64,000 nt of DNA, taken from IMG/VR virus record IMGVR_UViG_3300021475_000005. The stretch is one strand, 5' to 3'. Origin of the DNA: a virus (lineage: Duplodnaviria > Heunggongvirae > Uroviricota > Caudoviricetes). The translations under genes were made by a program, and so were the position numbers. Of the stretch, positions 25,361 through 35,787 are shown piece by piece. The stretch's first letter is position 1, and each line of letters begins with the position of its first letter. The notes under the pieces were generated by a model. It saw only the letters and a program-made list of their open reading frames with translations. It was not told the origin of the DNA and ran no database searches.

Positions 25361-28300
25361 TCATGCAGCCATTGCGGTTGCAAAGAATCTGGGTGCCATC
25401 TCGGCTGCAAAACTACGAACCGCCATTGCATCCTGCGACTCACGGACGATCTGATACTCGGCGAACGAACGGAGCGTGTTGATGCCGTCCCCGAACATAC
25501 GGAGCGCCGTCTGATGGTGCCATGTGCGCCCAACGGCAGTAGTAACGAAGAAGACACCCGAGAATTCAAGATAAGTGAAATAGGTGATCTCGACGCTGCT
25601 CTCAAAAGCGGTAAAGGCTTCAAAGTCAGTAGTGACGCCGGATGCTTCGCTCACTGGAACGTTCGATGTCGTTGCCGACAGCGAAGCTACCACATCGATC
25701 TCGGGTAATGGGACCATCTGTGCGCTTGTGTTGATTTCAAGAGGAAATTCACCATTGAAGATGACAGATGCATGAATAATAACTTCCGCATAAGACGTAA
25801 TGAGTGCGGTTGCGCTTACAGCAGCCGACATGGCTATCTGAATGTCTGAATTCAATGTCGTGAGCCAGTTCGTCGCAACATTTTCCGTATGAAGAGTAGT
25901 TGCAGTCCGTGAAATCTGCGATTCCATGCTGCCATCTATACGAGCACCAATTTCTTCCAATGGTTCAACAGCAGATTCCGCTTTCGTACCACTTTCTTCA
26001 CGAACAGGTAGAGTTGCTAAGGTATTAGCGCTGAAATTAACCGGATTCGGCCAGATAGCAGAACAGATACCGACCCAATCGATGCGCCCAATCAGGAATG
26101 CCTCTGCGGACATCGCAAATTCAATCTGATGCGTATGCGTTGCGCGTGTCTCTGTCGAATTTTCGTTGAAAATCGTCTCTGCGCGGAAAAGATTGGCTAA
26201 ATACGTAATCTCGACAAGATTGACGCCCTCGGAAGACACAGAAATTTCCGGATCACCCTCAAAATCCTGTGTTGAGACCATTCCGGCATCGAAAAACGCT
26301 TCAATCTCGGATTGCAGACTTGTATTGAACTCGACGAGGTCTGAAATACTGGTTTGAAGATCGCCAATCCAGTCACTATCGAGTTCTTCCGTCATGCTAA
26401 CGTCTGTCAACGTCGCGATGCCGCTCTCAATCTGCGCGAACGAGCTTGCCAAGCCTTCAATAATTGAGATAGCGTTAGAAGTTACATTGGTTCCATACTC
26501 AATCTGAAACTTTTCTTGAATCGTGTGCATGATAGCCAACCAATTAGCCATCACATGGATAGAAGAAGCAATTGCAGTCTGCATCTCAAAGAATGTGCTC
26601 TGATCTGCTTGCGAAGATGCCAAGTTATACAGTGCTGTATTCAAATCCGCGCGAACACTTGTAGAAAACTCCGTTTGCACACGCGATGTCGCTTGAGATA
26701 ACACACCGAATTCAATCGGAGCGTATGTTGTCGATAAGAAGCTAGAATTGTGAAATTCCAGAGGAGAAATATTATCTGCATTCAACGATGTGCGCCATTC
26801 GGAAGGTCCGGAAATATCCAGTTTCGATGACGCCGAGATTTCCATTTGAGAATATGCTCGACCGTAAATGCCATAGCCAAAATCTACGAAGCCCAAGTTA
26901 TCGGCACGCGCTGTCATGCCAAAATCGATATTCTGGTGTGCCGTGAAGCGAGCGCCTGTTGCGGCTTCGATCAGAACGTGAGTCAGCGCTAATGGCGCTG
27001 ACAAATGATCGGAAGGAATTCGCGAATTATTGAATGAAGTTCCACTTTCCTCGACGGTTCCAATATCGTCATGTTGCGCAGACATCCCACGCTCTGATAC
27101 CGAGGCAATATCAGCTTTCGTCGTCATGCCAAAATCGTCAAAGATATGAATTCCGGCTTGTTCGTTTGTTAGATAATCGAATGCGACGTGTGGATTACTG
27201 TAAATACGCGCAGCGCTCTCCAGCGACCCAACAAGATCAATCTTCGATGAAGCTGCTCTTTCGGACGGCGCGCTGCTATCGCTGCGCGCTCCCATTCCAA
27301 ACTCAGTTTGCTGTCTTGAAGTTGCACGCATTCCAGTTCCGAATTCAAGCGGGTTTCGTGGAGTGAATGTCGCAACGCTAGAGCCGAGGAACTCAGTCGG
27401 GACCAATTGATCTGTGTTCAACGTCGCTTGCCAGCATGGCAAGGAGACATTATCGCTTTTGGCTGAGCCTGCGAATTCTATCTGTTGTTTGGGTTGCACA
27501 TTCTGTAATATATATGCCCAGTCCTGCACGGATGCAGTATCCGCTCTAAATGTCGCGCCGAATTCAATCAAATTATGTTCTTGAACGGTGTTTAAGATAA
27601 TATGAAATTCTTGTGGAACGATTACATCCATAAATAGCGATGAAGCATATTCCAGTTTGGGGAGAACATCGGATTTTGCTGACATTCCCCATTCTTGGCT
27701 TGGGATCAGGTCTGTGTGTGTCGTCAGCGCAACTTCATTAACTCCATTGATATCGGAATTCAGGATGGAGAGCCAATCCATAGATGATAGGATATTTCCC
27801 ATGATGGAAATGATCGGATTTTCAACAATGAACACTGGGCCTGACGTAATAGCTTGACGCTGTTGTGTCTCCACTACAAAAGACGGGAATGGGAATGCAG
27901 CGTTGATACGTGCGGAGTATTTCGCGATGAGCCACTCTGCGAATGCTAATGTGTCGGCAGCGATTTTAACGTTGGACAGCCAATCAAAATTGGTAAGAAT
28001 GTTTCCGATCACAGTCAAAATCGGATTCTCATTCACAAAGACAGGTCCAGAAGTGATCGCTTGGCGCTGCTGCGTCTCCACTACAAAAGACGGGAATGGG
28101 AATGCAGCGTTGATACGTGCGGAATACTTGGCTGTCAGCCATTCCACAAACGCCATCGTATCGGCGGTTACGAGCAATCCTTGCAGGGCGATTAAGCCGA
28201 TTGTATCCGAATTTAACTGCGCTTGACTCTGGATAGGCGAGATAATGTCTAACCGATTAGATGCAGAGAACTCTTTCGGTGGGATCGCATCTGAGTTGAG

Positions 28301-29164
28301 ACTTGACCCAAATTCAATCAAATTATGTTCTTGAACGGTGTTTAAGATAATATTAAATTCTGATGGAACGATTACATCCATAAATAGCGATGAAGCGTAT
28401 TCCAGTTTGGGGAGGATATCGGATTTTTCGCTAGAAGCATTTTCTTGAGTCGAGAGAATATCAACCTTCGATGAAGTAGATAACTCAGATGCGGAGACAA
28501 CATCATTTTTGGACGATGTCCCTCCTTCATTCTGGGAAAAAATATCAACGCGATCCGAAGATGAAACTTCTAACCGAGTCAGTATATCGTTTCTTGCACT
28601 CGAAGCGATCTCTTGAATCGAAAGGATATCAGCTTTTGATAAGCTAGAGGACTCCAATGCTGGAATGATATCGCTTCTCGAAGATGCTCCTTCTTCAATT
28701 GGGGTAATAGAATCTACACGATCCGCAGATGCGATTTCTACATTTCCAAGATCATCACGTCTTGATGTCACATCCGGTTCCACGCGAGGAACGATGTCGA
28801 ACTGGATGTTATCACTAAACGTCAGACTACCGACGATATCGGACTTCGTTGTTAGAATAGGAATTTCATTGATAAAAGACGGACCACTGATAATTGCCTG
28901 TCGTCCGATGACGCCAGATTCAATCATCATTGCTGGAAAAGGGAGTCCTGCAACGATCCGGGCATTGTATTTAATTATATTGAATTCGTTACGGCCAACG
29001 GTATCTGACAAGATACTAGATGCCGTTTCTTCCAAGCTGATAACGTCAGCGTTGACTTTTTCAGAGCCAACGAGAAAAACAGACACAACAATGTTTTGTT
29101 GGCCTGCGCGTTCAGTGGCAAAAGCTGGGAAAGGAAATCCCGCGAGGATGCGCTGCGTGCTCAC
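25361..29164 (-). CDS. 1267-aa acidic repetitive virion protein (~15-aa periodicity)
   Basis: Periodic E-F/Y-G/S motifs; recent internal duplications. Confidence 0.7.
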   Translation of the reverse strand: MSTQRILAGFPFPAFATERAGQQNIVVSVFLVGSEKVNADVISLEETASSILSDTVGRNEFNIIKYNARIVAGLPFPAMMIESGVIGRQAIISGPSFINEIPILTTKSDIVGSLTFSDNIQFDIVPRVEPDVTSRRDDLGNVEIASADRVDSITPIEEGASSRSDIIPALESSSLSKADILSIQEIASSARNDILTRLEVSSSDRVDIFSQNEGGTSSKNDVVSASELSTSSKVDILSTQENASSEKSDILPKLEYASSLFMDVIVPSEFNIILNTVQEHNLIEFGSSLNSDAIPPKEFSASNRLDIISPIQSQAQLNSDTIGLIALQGLLVTADTMAFVEWLTAKYSARINAAFPFPSFVVETQQRQAITSGPVFVNENPILTVIGNILTNFDWLSNVKIAADTLAFAEWLIAKYSARINAAFPFPSFVVETQQRQAITSGPVFIVENPIISIMGNILSSMDWLSILNSDINGVNEVALTTHTDLIPSQEWGMSAKSDVLPKLEYASSLFMDVIVPQEFHIILNTVQEHNLIEFGATFRADTASVQDWAYILQNVQPKQQIEFAGSAKSDNVSLPCWQATLNTDQLVPTEFLGSSVATFTPRNPLEFGTGMRATSRQQTEFGMGARSDSSAPSERAASSKIDLVGSLESAARIYSNPHVAFDYLTNEQAGIHIFDDFGMTTKADIASVSERGMSAQHDDIGTVEESGTSFNNSRIPSDHLSAPLALTHVLIEAATGARFTAHQNIDFGMTARADNLGFVDFGYGIYGRAYSQMEISASSKLDISGPSEWRTSLNADNISPLEFHNSSFLSTTYAPIEFGVLSQATSRVQTEFSTSVRADLNTALYNLASSQADQSTFFEMQTAIASSIHVMANWLAIMHTIQEKFQIEYGTNVTSNAISIIEGLASSFAQIESGIATLTDVSMTEELDSDWIGDLQTSISDLVEFNTSLQSEIEAFFDAGMVSTQDFEGDPEISVSSEGVNLVEITYLANLFRAETIFNENSTETRATHTHQIEFAMSAEAFLIGRIDWVGICSAIWPNPVNFSANTLATLPVREESGTKAESAVEPLEEIGARIDGSMESQISRTATTLHTENVATNWLTTLNSDIQIAMSAAVSATALITSYAEVIIHASVIFNGEFPLEINTSAQMVPLPEIDVVASLSATTSNVPVSEASGVTTDFEAFTAFESSVEITYFTYLEFSGVFFVTTAVGRTWHHQTALRMFGDGINTLRSFAEYQIVRESQDAMAVRSFAAEMAPRFFATAMAA

Positions 29165-29176
29165 GTCGCAATCCTC

Positions 29177-30514
29177 TTAGGAGAAATAGATAGCCGGGTC
29201 TACCCAGATGGTTTTCGACACTTTCGGAATCCGTACATAGGCACGAATATATCCTTGTGTCTGAGGTGTAAAAGAGACAGTGATTTTCTGTGCAATTGGG
29301 CTTGTCAGACCGGTAGTGACCCAAGAAGCTGATGAAGATGAGATATTTGCACCGGCAGCTAATGGGTCCGCTGGACCACTGGAAATCAATGATGCAAGGG
29401 GATCAGTGGTATCGGTGAGCCCGTAAACATCAAGATAGATATCAGAATTTTGAAGTGTCACACCGTCATTGAGTATTTCAAGGTTAACATTGACAGTCTG
29501 CCCTACCTTAGAATTCCAAGTATCGATTGGGAATGTTTCGAAAGGAAACGTATTATTGGTATTAGCAGTGGTAATGATTTTCCACGACATCGATTGAACA
29601 CTATCATTCGCGCCACCGCTGCGTACTACAGTTGTCTCCGTAGATAATGTACCAGCGTAGGTGTAGCGCTCCTGACGGTTCGTGGTGGCAGCCGAATCAC
29701 AGTTTATCAAATCAATTATAGAAGCATCAATAGTAGGTGTAGCAGCGATAGTGACCGATGCGCCTAGCTTACAATTAACAAATATAACTTTTAATGCACT
29801 CGCGACTGCTCCGACAATAATATGACCAGAGGCCAACGCACTCAGATCGCAGCCTTCAAACAGAACTATAGATGAAACGGCGGATGAGACAGAAATTAAG
29901 GTCGTAGGAATTGTAGCGCCTTGAATCAAACTAGGCGTATTCCGCCAGTAAACTGTGCCATTGACTGTAAGACCTTGGCTGGCATTGGAAAAACTACATG
30001 TCGTGTTAAACAACTCTATGTAACCAGTTCCAGAACCACCAGAAGTATTCGTGCCGATTACTATGCGAGCACCAGTGCCGGTGCATTTTACATTTAATTG
30101 GCAATTGATAAGTTTCAACCCTACAGGGACAGCCGCTGCACCTCCAATGTTTAAATTGTTGCTACCAGACCCAGTTGCATTGTTGAAAATGATGCCGTAA
30201 ATCTTCGCGTAGCCGGTTGTGGTAATAACGGCAGCACCTGTCACCGTGATCTGACCAGTGGTGCGCAAGTCGGCTGAGACAGGAGGTACAGACCCTGCGT
30301 GGTTAACACAAATGACAAGGTCTGGGACAGCAGAAGTACCATTAAACGCAAGCGCGACGGAACCCGCAGTAGATTCGGCATGATCTTCCGAAACGTAGTA
30401 GGTATCTCCCGCTGCACCACCTGCTATCGCAGCCGTCATCGTCGTGTAGGCATTCGCCCACGACGTACCGTTATTCGAGCCTGCTGCGCCTGAACGAACG
30501 TAATGCGCTGTCAC
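29177..30514 (-). CDS. beta-helix-like virion/receptor-binding protein
   Basis: YVRSGAAGSNNGTSWANAY...GDTYYV start typical of beta-helix proteins; Thr/Ser/Asn rich. Confidence 0.65.
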   Translation of the reverse strand: MTAHYVRSGAAGSNNGTSWANAYTTMTAAIAGGAAGDTYYVSEDHAESTAGSVALAFNGTSAVPDLVICVNHAGSVPPVSADLRTTGQITVTGAAVITTTGYAKIYGIIFNNATGSGSNNLNIGGAAAVPVGLKLINCQLNVKCTGTGARIVIGTNTSGGSGTGYIELFNTTCSFSNASQGLTVNGTVYWRNTPSLIQGATIPTTLISVSSAVSSIVLFEGCDLSALASGHIIVGAVASALKVIFVNCKLGASVTIAATPTIDASIIDLINCDSAATTNRQERYTYAGTLSTETTVVRSGGANDSVQSMSWKIITTANTNNTFPFETFPIDTWNSKVGQTVNVNLEILNDGVTLQNSDIYLDVYGLTDTTDPLASLISSGPADPLAAGANISSSSASWVTTGLTSPIAQKITVSFTPQTQGYIRAYVRIPKVSKTIWVDPAIYFS

Positions 30515-30724
30515 GAATCATCCGTAGAGAATAGAGTGTTGTAATAATTAACTGTGGCTGTCAGATGCGCATCCAAATCGCATCCGGGCGCTGCAAGATA
30601 TTGGATCATCTGAGTTGAGCCATCACTGATGGTAATGGTTTCAACAATCCAATGTGAACCGTCTGCTTGGGTGGCTCCGCTAGAATAACTCGATGAGACT
30701 ACCGAAAGGGACACAGTTCCTCCG

Positions 30725-31759
30725 TTAGGTCGTCTGACCCGTCACACGAATATCGAAAGAAGTCTTCGCCGCTGCGAGTCCTGCCGTTAAGGCAAGAGAC
30801 AGCCACATACCTTGTGCGCCCGCAGCATTTGGCGTTGCACCAGATGGAAGATTCTGAGGCGACGGAACGTTGATGGTCTGCGGTGACGAGCCCGATGAGA
30901 ACGACGTGATTCCAGAGACAGGTGCAGTCTGGCGATTGGCAACGGTGCCGGTATCATTGAGCGCGTTCGTGAGTGCGAACTGCAATGTTCCAGAAGAAGG
31001 ATCGACCTGTTTCGAGATTACCACAACTGTCAATGCGGTTGTGGTATTGCTGTTGACTGCAAAGATTTTTTCGTAATAGGTACGGTTCGAGCCACCCGGA
31101 ACGTCGGCAGCCGCGTTATAGAACGGACGACGAATCTGTGTGACTTGGTTCGGTGCAAGGTCGAACAACATTCCTTCATAGATGGAATATGTCGATGCGG
31201 ACGACGGCACAGTTCCCCATGCGCGGTTGACGTAGACGATGTCGCCCGAAATCCGGATGATGCGGCGAAGCTGGTTCTGAACACCAGAAGGCAGGTTGTT
31301 CGTGATGCGGATAATCTGCCCGACAGAAACGGAAGCGCCGTCGCCGGACTGAAGTGTGATGGATGCTGCGGTCGCACCTGATGCAGCCGAGGCCGCCTGC
31401 GCGGTGTGTGCTGAGATGACAGCCGTGTTCGAGATTGCTGCCAGATCGCCGACAGCCGTTGTACCAGCAATAACACCTTTCAAGAGGCGCTCAAAAGACT
31501 GCGATCCTGTAACTGGCGTTGTGCCGTTGAAAGTCTTGGTTTCGGTCTGGATGACACCCGTGGAGTCGCGGCCTGAAAGTGTAATGGTCGCAGCCGTGTC
31601 CGAGGCAGATGACGAGACATAGTTCATCGTACCAGCAGGCGAGATGTCGTTGAAGAAGATCAACTTCGTGGTATCGAGCGCGCCGCCCGTGGTCGTGCCA
31701 TCGCCGTCCGGCATATTTGCCGAACCGTAAAAATAGAGATCGCTTTCCAAGACAGACAT
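30725..31759 (-). CDS. virion structural protein
   Basis: Thr/Ser/Ala/Gly rich; AGGA RBS; downstream of the capsid module. Confidence 0.6.
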   Translation of the reverse strand: MSVLESDLYFYGSANMPDGDGTTTGGALDTTKLIFFNDISPAGTMNYVSSSASDTAATITLSGRDSTGVIQTETKTFNGTTPVTGSQSFERLLKGVIAGTTAVGDLAAISNTAVISAHTAQAASAASGATAASITLQSGDGASVSVGQIIRITNNLPSGVQNQLRRIIRISGDIVYVNRAWGTVPSSASTYSIYEGMLFDLAPNQVTQIRRPFYNAAADVPGGSNRTYYEKIFAVNSNTTTALTVVVISKQVDPSSGTLQFALTNALNDTGTVANRQTAPVSGITSFSSGSSPQTINVPSPQNLPSGATPNAAGAQGMWLSLALTAGLAAAKTSFDIRVTGQTT

Positions 31760-31772
31760 TATTTAAATTCCT

Positions 31773-32078
31773 TTATTCAGCCAGCGTGATCCAGATGCTT
31801 CCATTGCCCGATGCGCTGGCAGCAATTACGGCGGAAATCTGCTCTTCGCCGAAGATCGAGACTTCGACAATTGTATTGGCGGGGATGCGGGGGGCCGATG
31901 AAGGATCGACAGTTGGGGAAACCGTTCCGACCGGATCGCGTTGAATATGGATATCCACATCACTCGAAATCAGCAGCCGGAATTTTCTGACATCCGGGAC
32001 ATCAGCCGTATAAACAGTTGCGGCGGAGTTCGTCACCGATTCGACGACGGTTACGCCAATGAAGCCGAAGTGAATCAT
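31773..32078 (-). CDS. small beta-sandwich virion protein
   Basis: 101 aa ending GSIWITLAE. Confidence 0.5.
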   Translation of the reverse strand: MIHFGFIGVTVVESVTNSAATVYTADVPDVRKFRLLISSDVDIHIQRDPVGTVSPTVDPSSAPRIPANTIVEVSIFGEEQISAVIAASASGNGSIWITLAE

Positions 32079-32864
32079 CTAGGATTATCTCTTATTATAG
32101 AAGTCTGGATTTTCCGACTTCAACGGAAAACGGCCACCGTTCTGAAGATCATACTCGCCGCCGCTAACAATCTTGGCACTTGTTACAGTGTGACCGGCTG
32201 ACTTGAGTGATTTCACAAATTCGAACGCCATCTGATCGATGTCTTGCGGGATACCATTGTGGTGGCATCCAGTGACGTGAATGCTGATGATGTTATTTCC
32301 CATCTTCAGCTTTCGCTTCACGAGCTTGGCGACGACGCTTCGCTGCCGGTGTTTCAGGGATTACAACTGATTCTTCTTCGCCTGTGTCATCCGGCTCGTC
32401 GAGTACAGGGTCTTTAAATGCCTCTACTTCGACGACTTCCTCAACAACAGGTTCTTTCTCGACGCCAAGCGTGCGCTCACCGATGGCATTGCCGCCAGTC
32501 CCCATGCGATCAAGAAGTTCTTGTGTCGCTGACTTCGGAGACGGCGGCGTGGAACGTGCGAATGGGACTGGGTCCATAGGAGACCCGGCTTTCTGCTCGG
32601 GCTTCCATTTCCAGTAGCCGCTGCAACCATTCACGAGGTCTCGGGCATTGAGAAGACTCTCATCACGAACTTCTCCCTGCTGCCCATACACTTTGACTGT
32701 CTTTGCCATTCTTGTTCCTAATTTTTCGGGATTAATGGCGCTCGGGTGCACCAGATTTGTGGTTCAGATATACTATGAACAGCTTGAGTGTCAAGGATTC
32801 CGACCTCATCTGTCAGTTAAGGGAAATGGTGTAATGAGTTTTATCTCATTACACCATCAACTTA

Positions 32865-33650
32865 TTACTTGCTGTTGCGAACCGTCCAGTAATCGCTCGC
32901 AAGATTCGGGTTTTCCAGATACGTCGCTGGCATCCAAAAGCATCCCGGGTCAGCTTTGACGCCCCAGTCTAGCCCCCATGAATTCTGAACGAGATAATAA
33001 AGCTGTCCGGTTCCATTGAAGTTCTGATCGTAGCCGATGCAGCAAACCGCATGACCGCCAAGAACCTGCTCGGTCGGCTTCGGCATCGGAACGATACCGG
33101 TGCTTGCCACAGCCTGAGATTCAAAGCTCTCATAAACCGTGAAGCCGAAGACAAACGGAAAGCCGCTTGCAAGGCAGTTTAGAAAATCAGCCCGAGTAGC
33201 AAGACGCGAGTAGCTGATGACCTTGTCATTCGCCGCATCCTGAATGGCATGGCGAGACGGCTTGTGCGGAAAGGTGGAGACGATATATGGAAAGTCTTTC
33301 TCAGGCGGAATGCCTTTGACGGACATGACCTTAATAACATCGCGGAGTTCGGCTCCGGCATCCTGTGGATAGGAGCCTTCAGCGATGAGAGATTCGATAT
33401 ATGTGAACATTCTGCTCCAGCAGGTATCACCGGGAGGAGCGCCGTGGACAAACTGCCACATCCACATCGTTGAGTTTGCTGTGCAGGACCCGAGATCGCC
33501 CTGATCGAAGACCAATGCAAGTTTCGGCTTTAGATTGACAGAAGGCGGTTCGACAACCGCAGTTGCGTGATGAACGGCACCGTATAGTAAATCACGGTGA
33601 TCTGGAAGATCACGCTTCCAGCCATAACGCTTAATGGTACGTTGAATCAT
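32865..33650 (-). CDS. papain-like cysteine protease (C1A)
   Basis: DQGDLGSCTAN, GGHAV and QNSWG catalytic motifs. Confidence 0.93.
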   Translation of the reverse strand: MIQRTIKRYGWKRDLPDHRDLLYGAVHHATAVVEPPSVNLKPKLALVFDQGDLGSCTANSTMWMWQFVHGAPPGDTCWSRMFTYIESLIAEGSYPQDAGAELRDVIKVMSVKGIPPEKDFPYIVSTFPHKPSRHAIQDAANDKVISYSRLATRADFLNCLASGFPFVFGFTVYESFESQAVASTGIVPMPKPTEQVLGGHAVCCIGYDQNFNGTGQLYYLVQNSWGLDWGVKADPGCFWMPATYLENPNLASDYWTVRNSK

Positions 33651-34025
33651 TTAGACAAGTCCCCTCTTATGTTCAGCTACGACAAAGTTCTTCGGCTTCA
33701 AATGAGCCTTGAGAACTTCAATGGCTTCCCGGGGATTCGCATCACCGCACATGAAGACATCGAAGGCTGCAAAATTACGTTCGGGCCATGTGTGAACGCT
33801 GATGTGGCTCTCAGCCAACACAGCGACGCCTGAGACCCCTCCACCGTCACCGAAGGTGTGGAGATGGATGTGAAGCAACGTGGCTCCAGCGGCCTCTACA
33901 GCGGCAAGGATGGCCTCTTCGAGGCGCTCACAATCGTCGAGCCCCTCAGCATCCCAAAAATCTGCAATCAGGTGCGACCCAGCAAACACCAGACCGTCCC
34001 GCGTGATGAAGTGGTCTTTCTCCAC
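33651..34025 (-). CDS. speD: S-adenosylmethionine decarboxylase proenzyme
   Basis: GVSGVAVLAESHISVHTWPE...DVFMCG. Confidence 0.95.
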   Translation of the reverse strand: MEKDHFITRDGLVFAGSHLIADFWDAEGLDDCERLEEAILAAVEAAGATLLHIHLHTFGDGGGVSGVAVLAESHISVHTWPERNFAAFDVFMCGDANPREAIEVLKAHLKPKNFVVAEHKRGLV

Positions 34026-34082
34026 AAGCGTCTCCGTGAACGGCTAGCCGTCTGTTTGATCAGGCACCTTTGAATTTTGAAG

Positions 34083-34115
34083 AAAAAAGGGCAGCAGCCG
34101 ATTAGACTGCTGCCC
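34083..34115 (-). terminator. intrinsic terminator after the capsid genes
   Basis: GGGCAGCAG...CUGCUGCCCUUUUUU. Confidence 0.8.
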
Positions 34116-34139
34116 CTGATTCATTAGCCGTTTAGGCTA

Positions 34140-34589
34140 TTAGCCCCACGCAAGGTTGGGAGCGATGAATGCCCAGTACTGGAAGATTGGGGTCGTTCCA
34201 GCGCAGACAATATCGAGGCCAAACTGGGCGGCAGCCGCGTGAGTGTTCTGCAACGTGCGCGTGTCGAACTTCCAGCGATAAGTCTCGCCGATGTTCGCGG
34301 TCGTCAGGACCTGAGTTTCCTGATCGGTGCCGTTCGCGCCGTTGATGTCGTAAGACTTGAAGTGAACCGTGTAGGTTTCATCTCCGGTCGTGTGGTCAAG
34401 GGCAACAACGTGGAAGACCACGTCGAAGGAACCTTCACCGAAACGTCCGTCAAGATCACCACGACCTTTTGTGATGAGATTAAGATCGACAATGGACGAA
34501 ACGTTTGAACCAACGTTCGTGACCGCTGCTGATCCCACCAGTTGAAGCGCCAAAAGCGCATCGTAGGTGGACTTTACTTTGCTTTCCAT
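34140..34589 (-). CDS. minor capsid/decoration protein
   Basis: 149 aa directly after the major capsid gene, before the terminator. Confidence 0.7.
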   Translation of the reverse strand: MESKVKSTYDALLALQLVGSAAVTNVGSNVSSIVDLNLITKGRGDLDGRFGEGSFDVVFHVVALDHTTGDETYTVHFKSYDINGANGTDQETQVLTTANIGETYRWKFDTRTLQNTHAAAAQFGLDIVCAGTTPIFQYWAFIAPNLAWG

Positions 34590-34639
34590 CTGAGGATTTC
34601 CTTATCCGTTTGGAGTTATGAAGTCTGTATGACCACTTA

Positions 34640-35575
34640 TTAGGCGGTCACAGCAGCCTTCTTGATGCCCCAGATGCGAGCCGCAGAACGACCGCTCATG
34701 ACGGCCAAGCTGACGAGCCACTCGATACGGGTACGCATGACAGGCTGGCTCTGGATTTGACCGAGGTCATCAACTTCCATGACACCGTTCTGGAGACCAA
34801 CGACACCCTCGTCGCCGATACGGACGACGTAGATGGACGTTCCTACTGAGGAACCACCACCCGGGTTTGCTTCGTTGAAGTCGATGACTTGGTTGTTGGC
34901 GTCATCGTAGTTGGTCGTAAGAATCGGGAGGTCGTTGTAGAACGCAATACGTTCTCCGAACTCGTTCTTTTCCCACTGAACATAACCACCAACAGACGGA
35001 TTACGTGCGGACTGCGAGAGCAGATTACGCATCGGACGCGACATGATTAGGTGAGTTGCGCCATCGACTGCGTCGATTGCGGTGTCAAGCACCGACAACG
35101 ACAGAGCGTCACCACCGGACGAAGAACCGGCAGGGAAAAGCTGCGAACCAGTAATACGCTTACGGATGCCGTCGAACTCACGAGGATCGTTTTCGGAGTC
35201 GCCGTTGATCATCTTGCCAGCAATGAACAAGCTGAGGGCCTTGACCTTCATCTTTTCCTGCGTGGTGCGGATGTCTGGACCATGCGTCTTTAGGAGCGCC
35301 TTATCCACGTCGAGGTCGCCACCGACGATGCGGAGACGTTCGGTCTGTGGGTTAATGATACCGGTATTCGTGGTATACGACTCGTTGATACCACGGAAGG
35401 CAACACCAGCAAGCTGGCCTTCCTGAATGTAAACGTATGCTCCACCTTGAATGTCGATGAACGGCAATACGCGCAGAAGATCAGGCGCTGCGAACAATTC
35501 GATGATTGCCGCGCGCTTCACTTCGTCATTGCCAAGTGCCTGTTCGGCAGCTTGGAGAAGCGTCAAAGCTGACAT
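34640..35575 (-). CDS. major capsid protein (311 aa)
   Basis: FRGINE, GGDLDVD, INGD..EFDG, TSIYVV and RTRIEW motifs of an HK97-fold capsid family; follows the scaffold. Confidence 0.9.
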   Translation of the reverse strand: MSALTLLQAAEQALGNDEVKRAAIIELFAAPDLLRVLPFIDIQGGAYVYIQEGQLAGVAFRGINESYTTNTGIINPQTERLRIVGGDLDVDKALLKTHGPDIRTTQEKMKVKALSLFIAGKMINGDSENDPREFDGIRKRITGSQLFPAGSSSGGDALSLSVLDTAIDAVDGATHLIMSRPMRNLLSQSARNPSVGGYVQWEKNEFGERIAFYNDLPILTTNYDDANNQVIDFNEANPGGGSSVGTSIYVVRIGDEGVVGLQNGVMEVDDLGQIQSQPVMRTRIEWLVSLAVMSGRSAARIWGIKKAAVTA

Positions 35576-35787
35576 TGCTTATTTCCTCAATACTTAGCTG
35601 GACAGCAACGAGACGGCCCCCGTCTCGGGATCGCCCCGGATCGTCCAGCGACCTCCGAGGTAATTTGGAAAATCACATAGGTATGTGATTTTGATGTTTG
35701 GATGGGCGAAGTGTTTCCACTTCGCCCAAGCTGCTCCCCGTTAATGAGGAAGTCCGTATGTCACTTTCCTAGTTGGAAATGTGACTC

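Noticed and set aside
27561-28414. DGR template/variable repeat pair
   Set aside because: Both copies are in-frame within one gene, differences are not confined to adenines, and no reverse transcriptase is in the window
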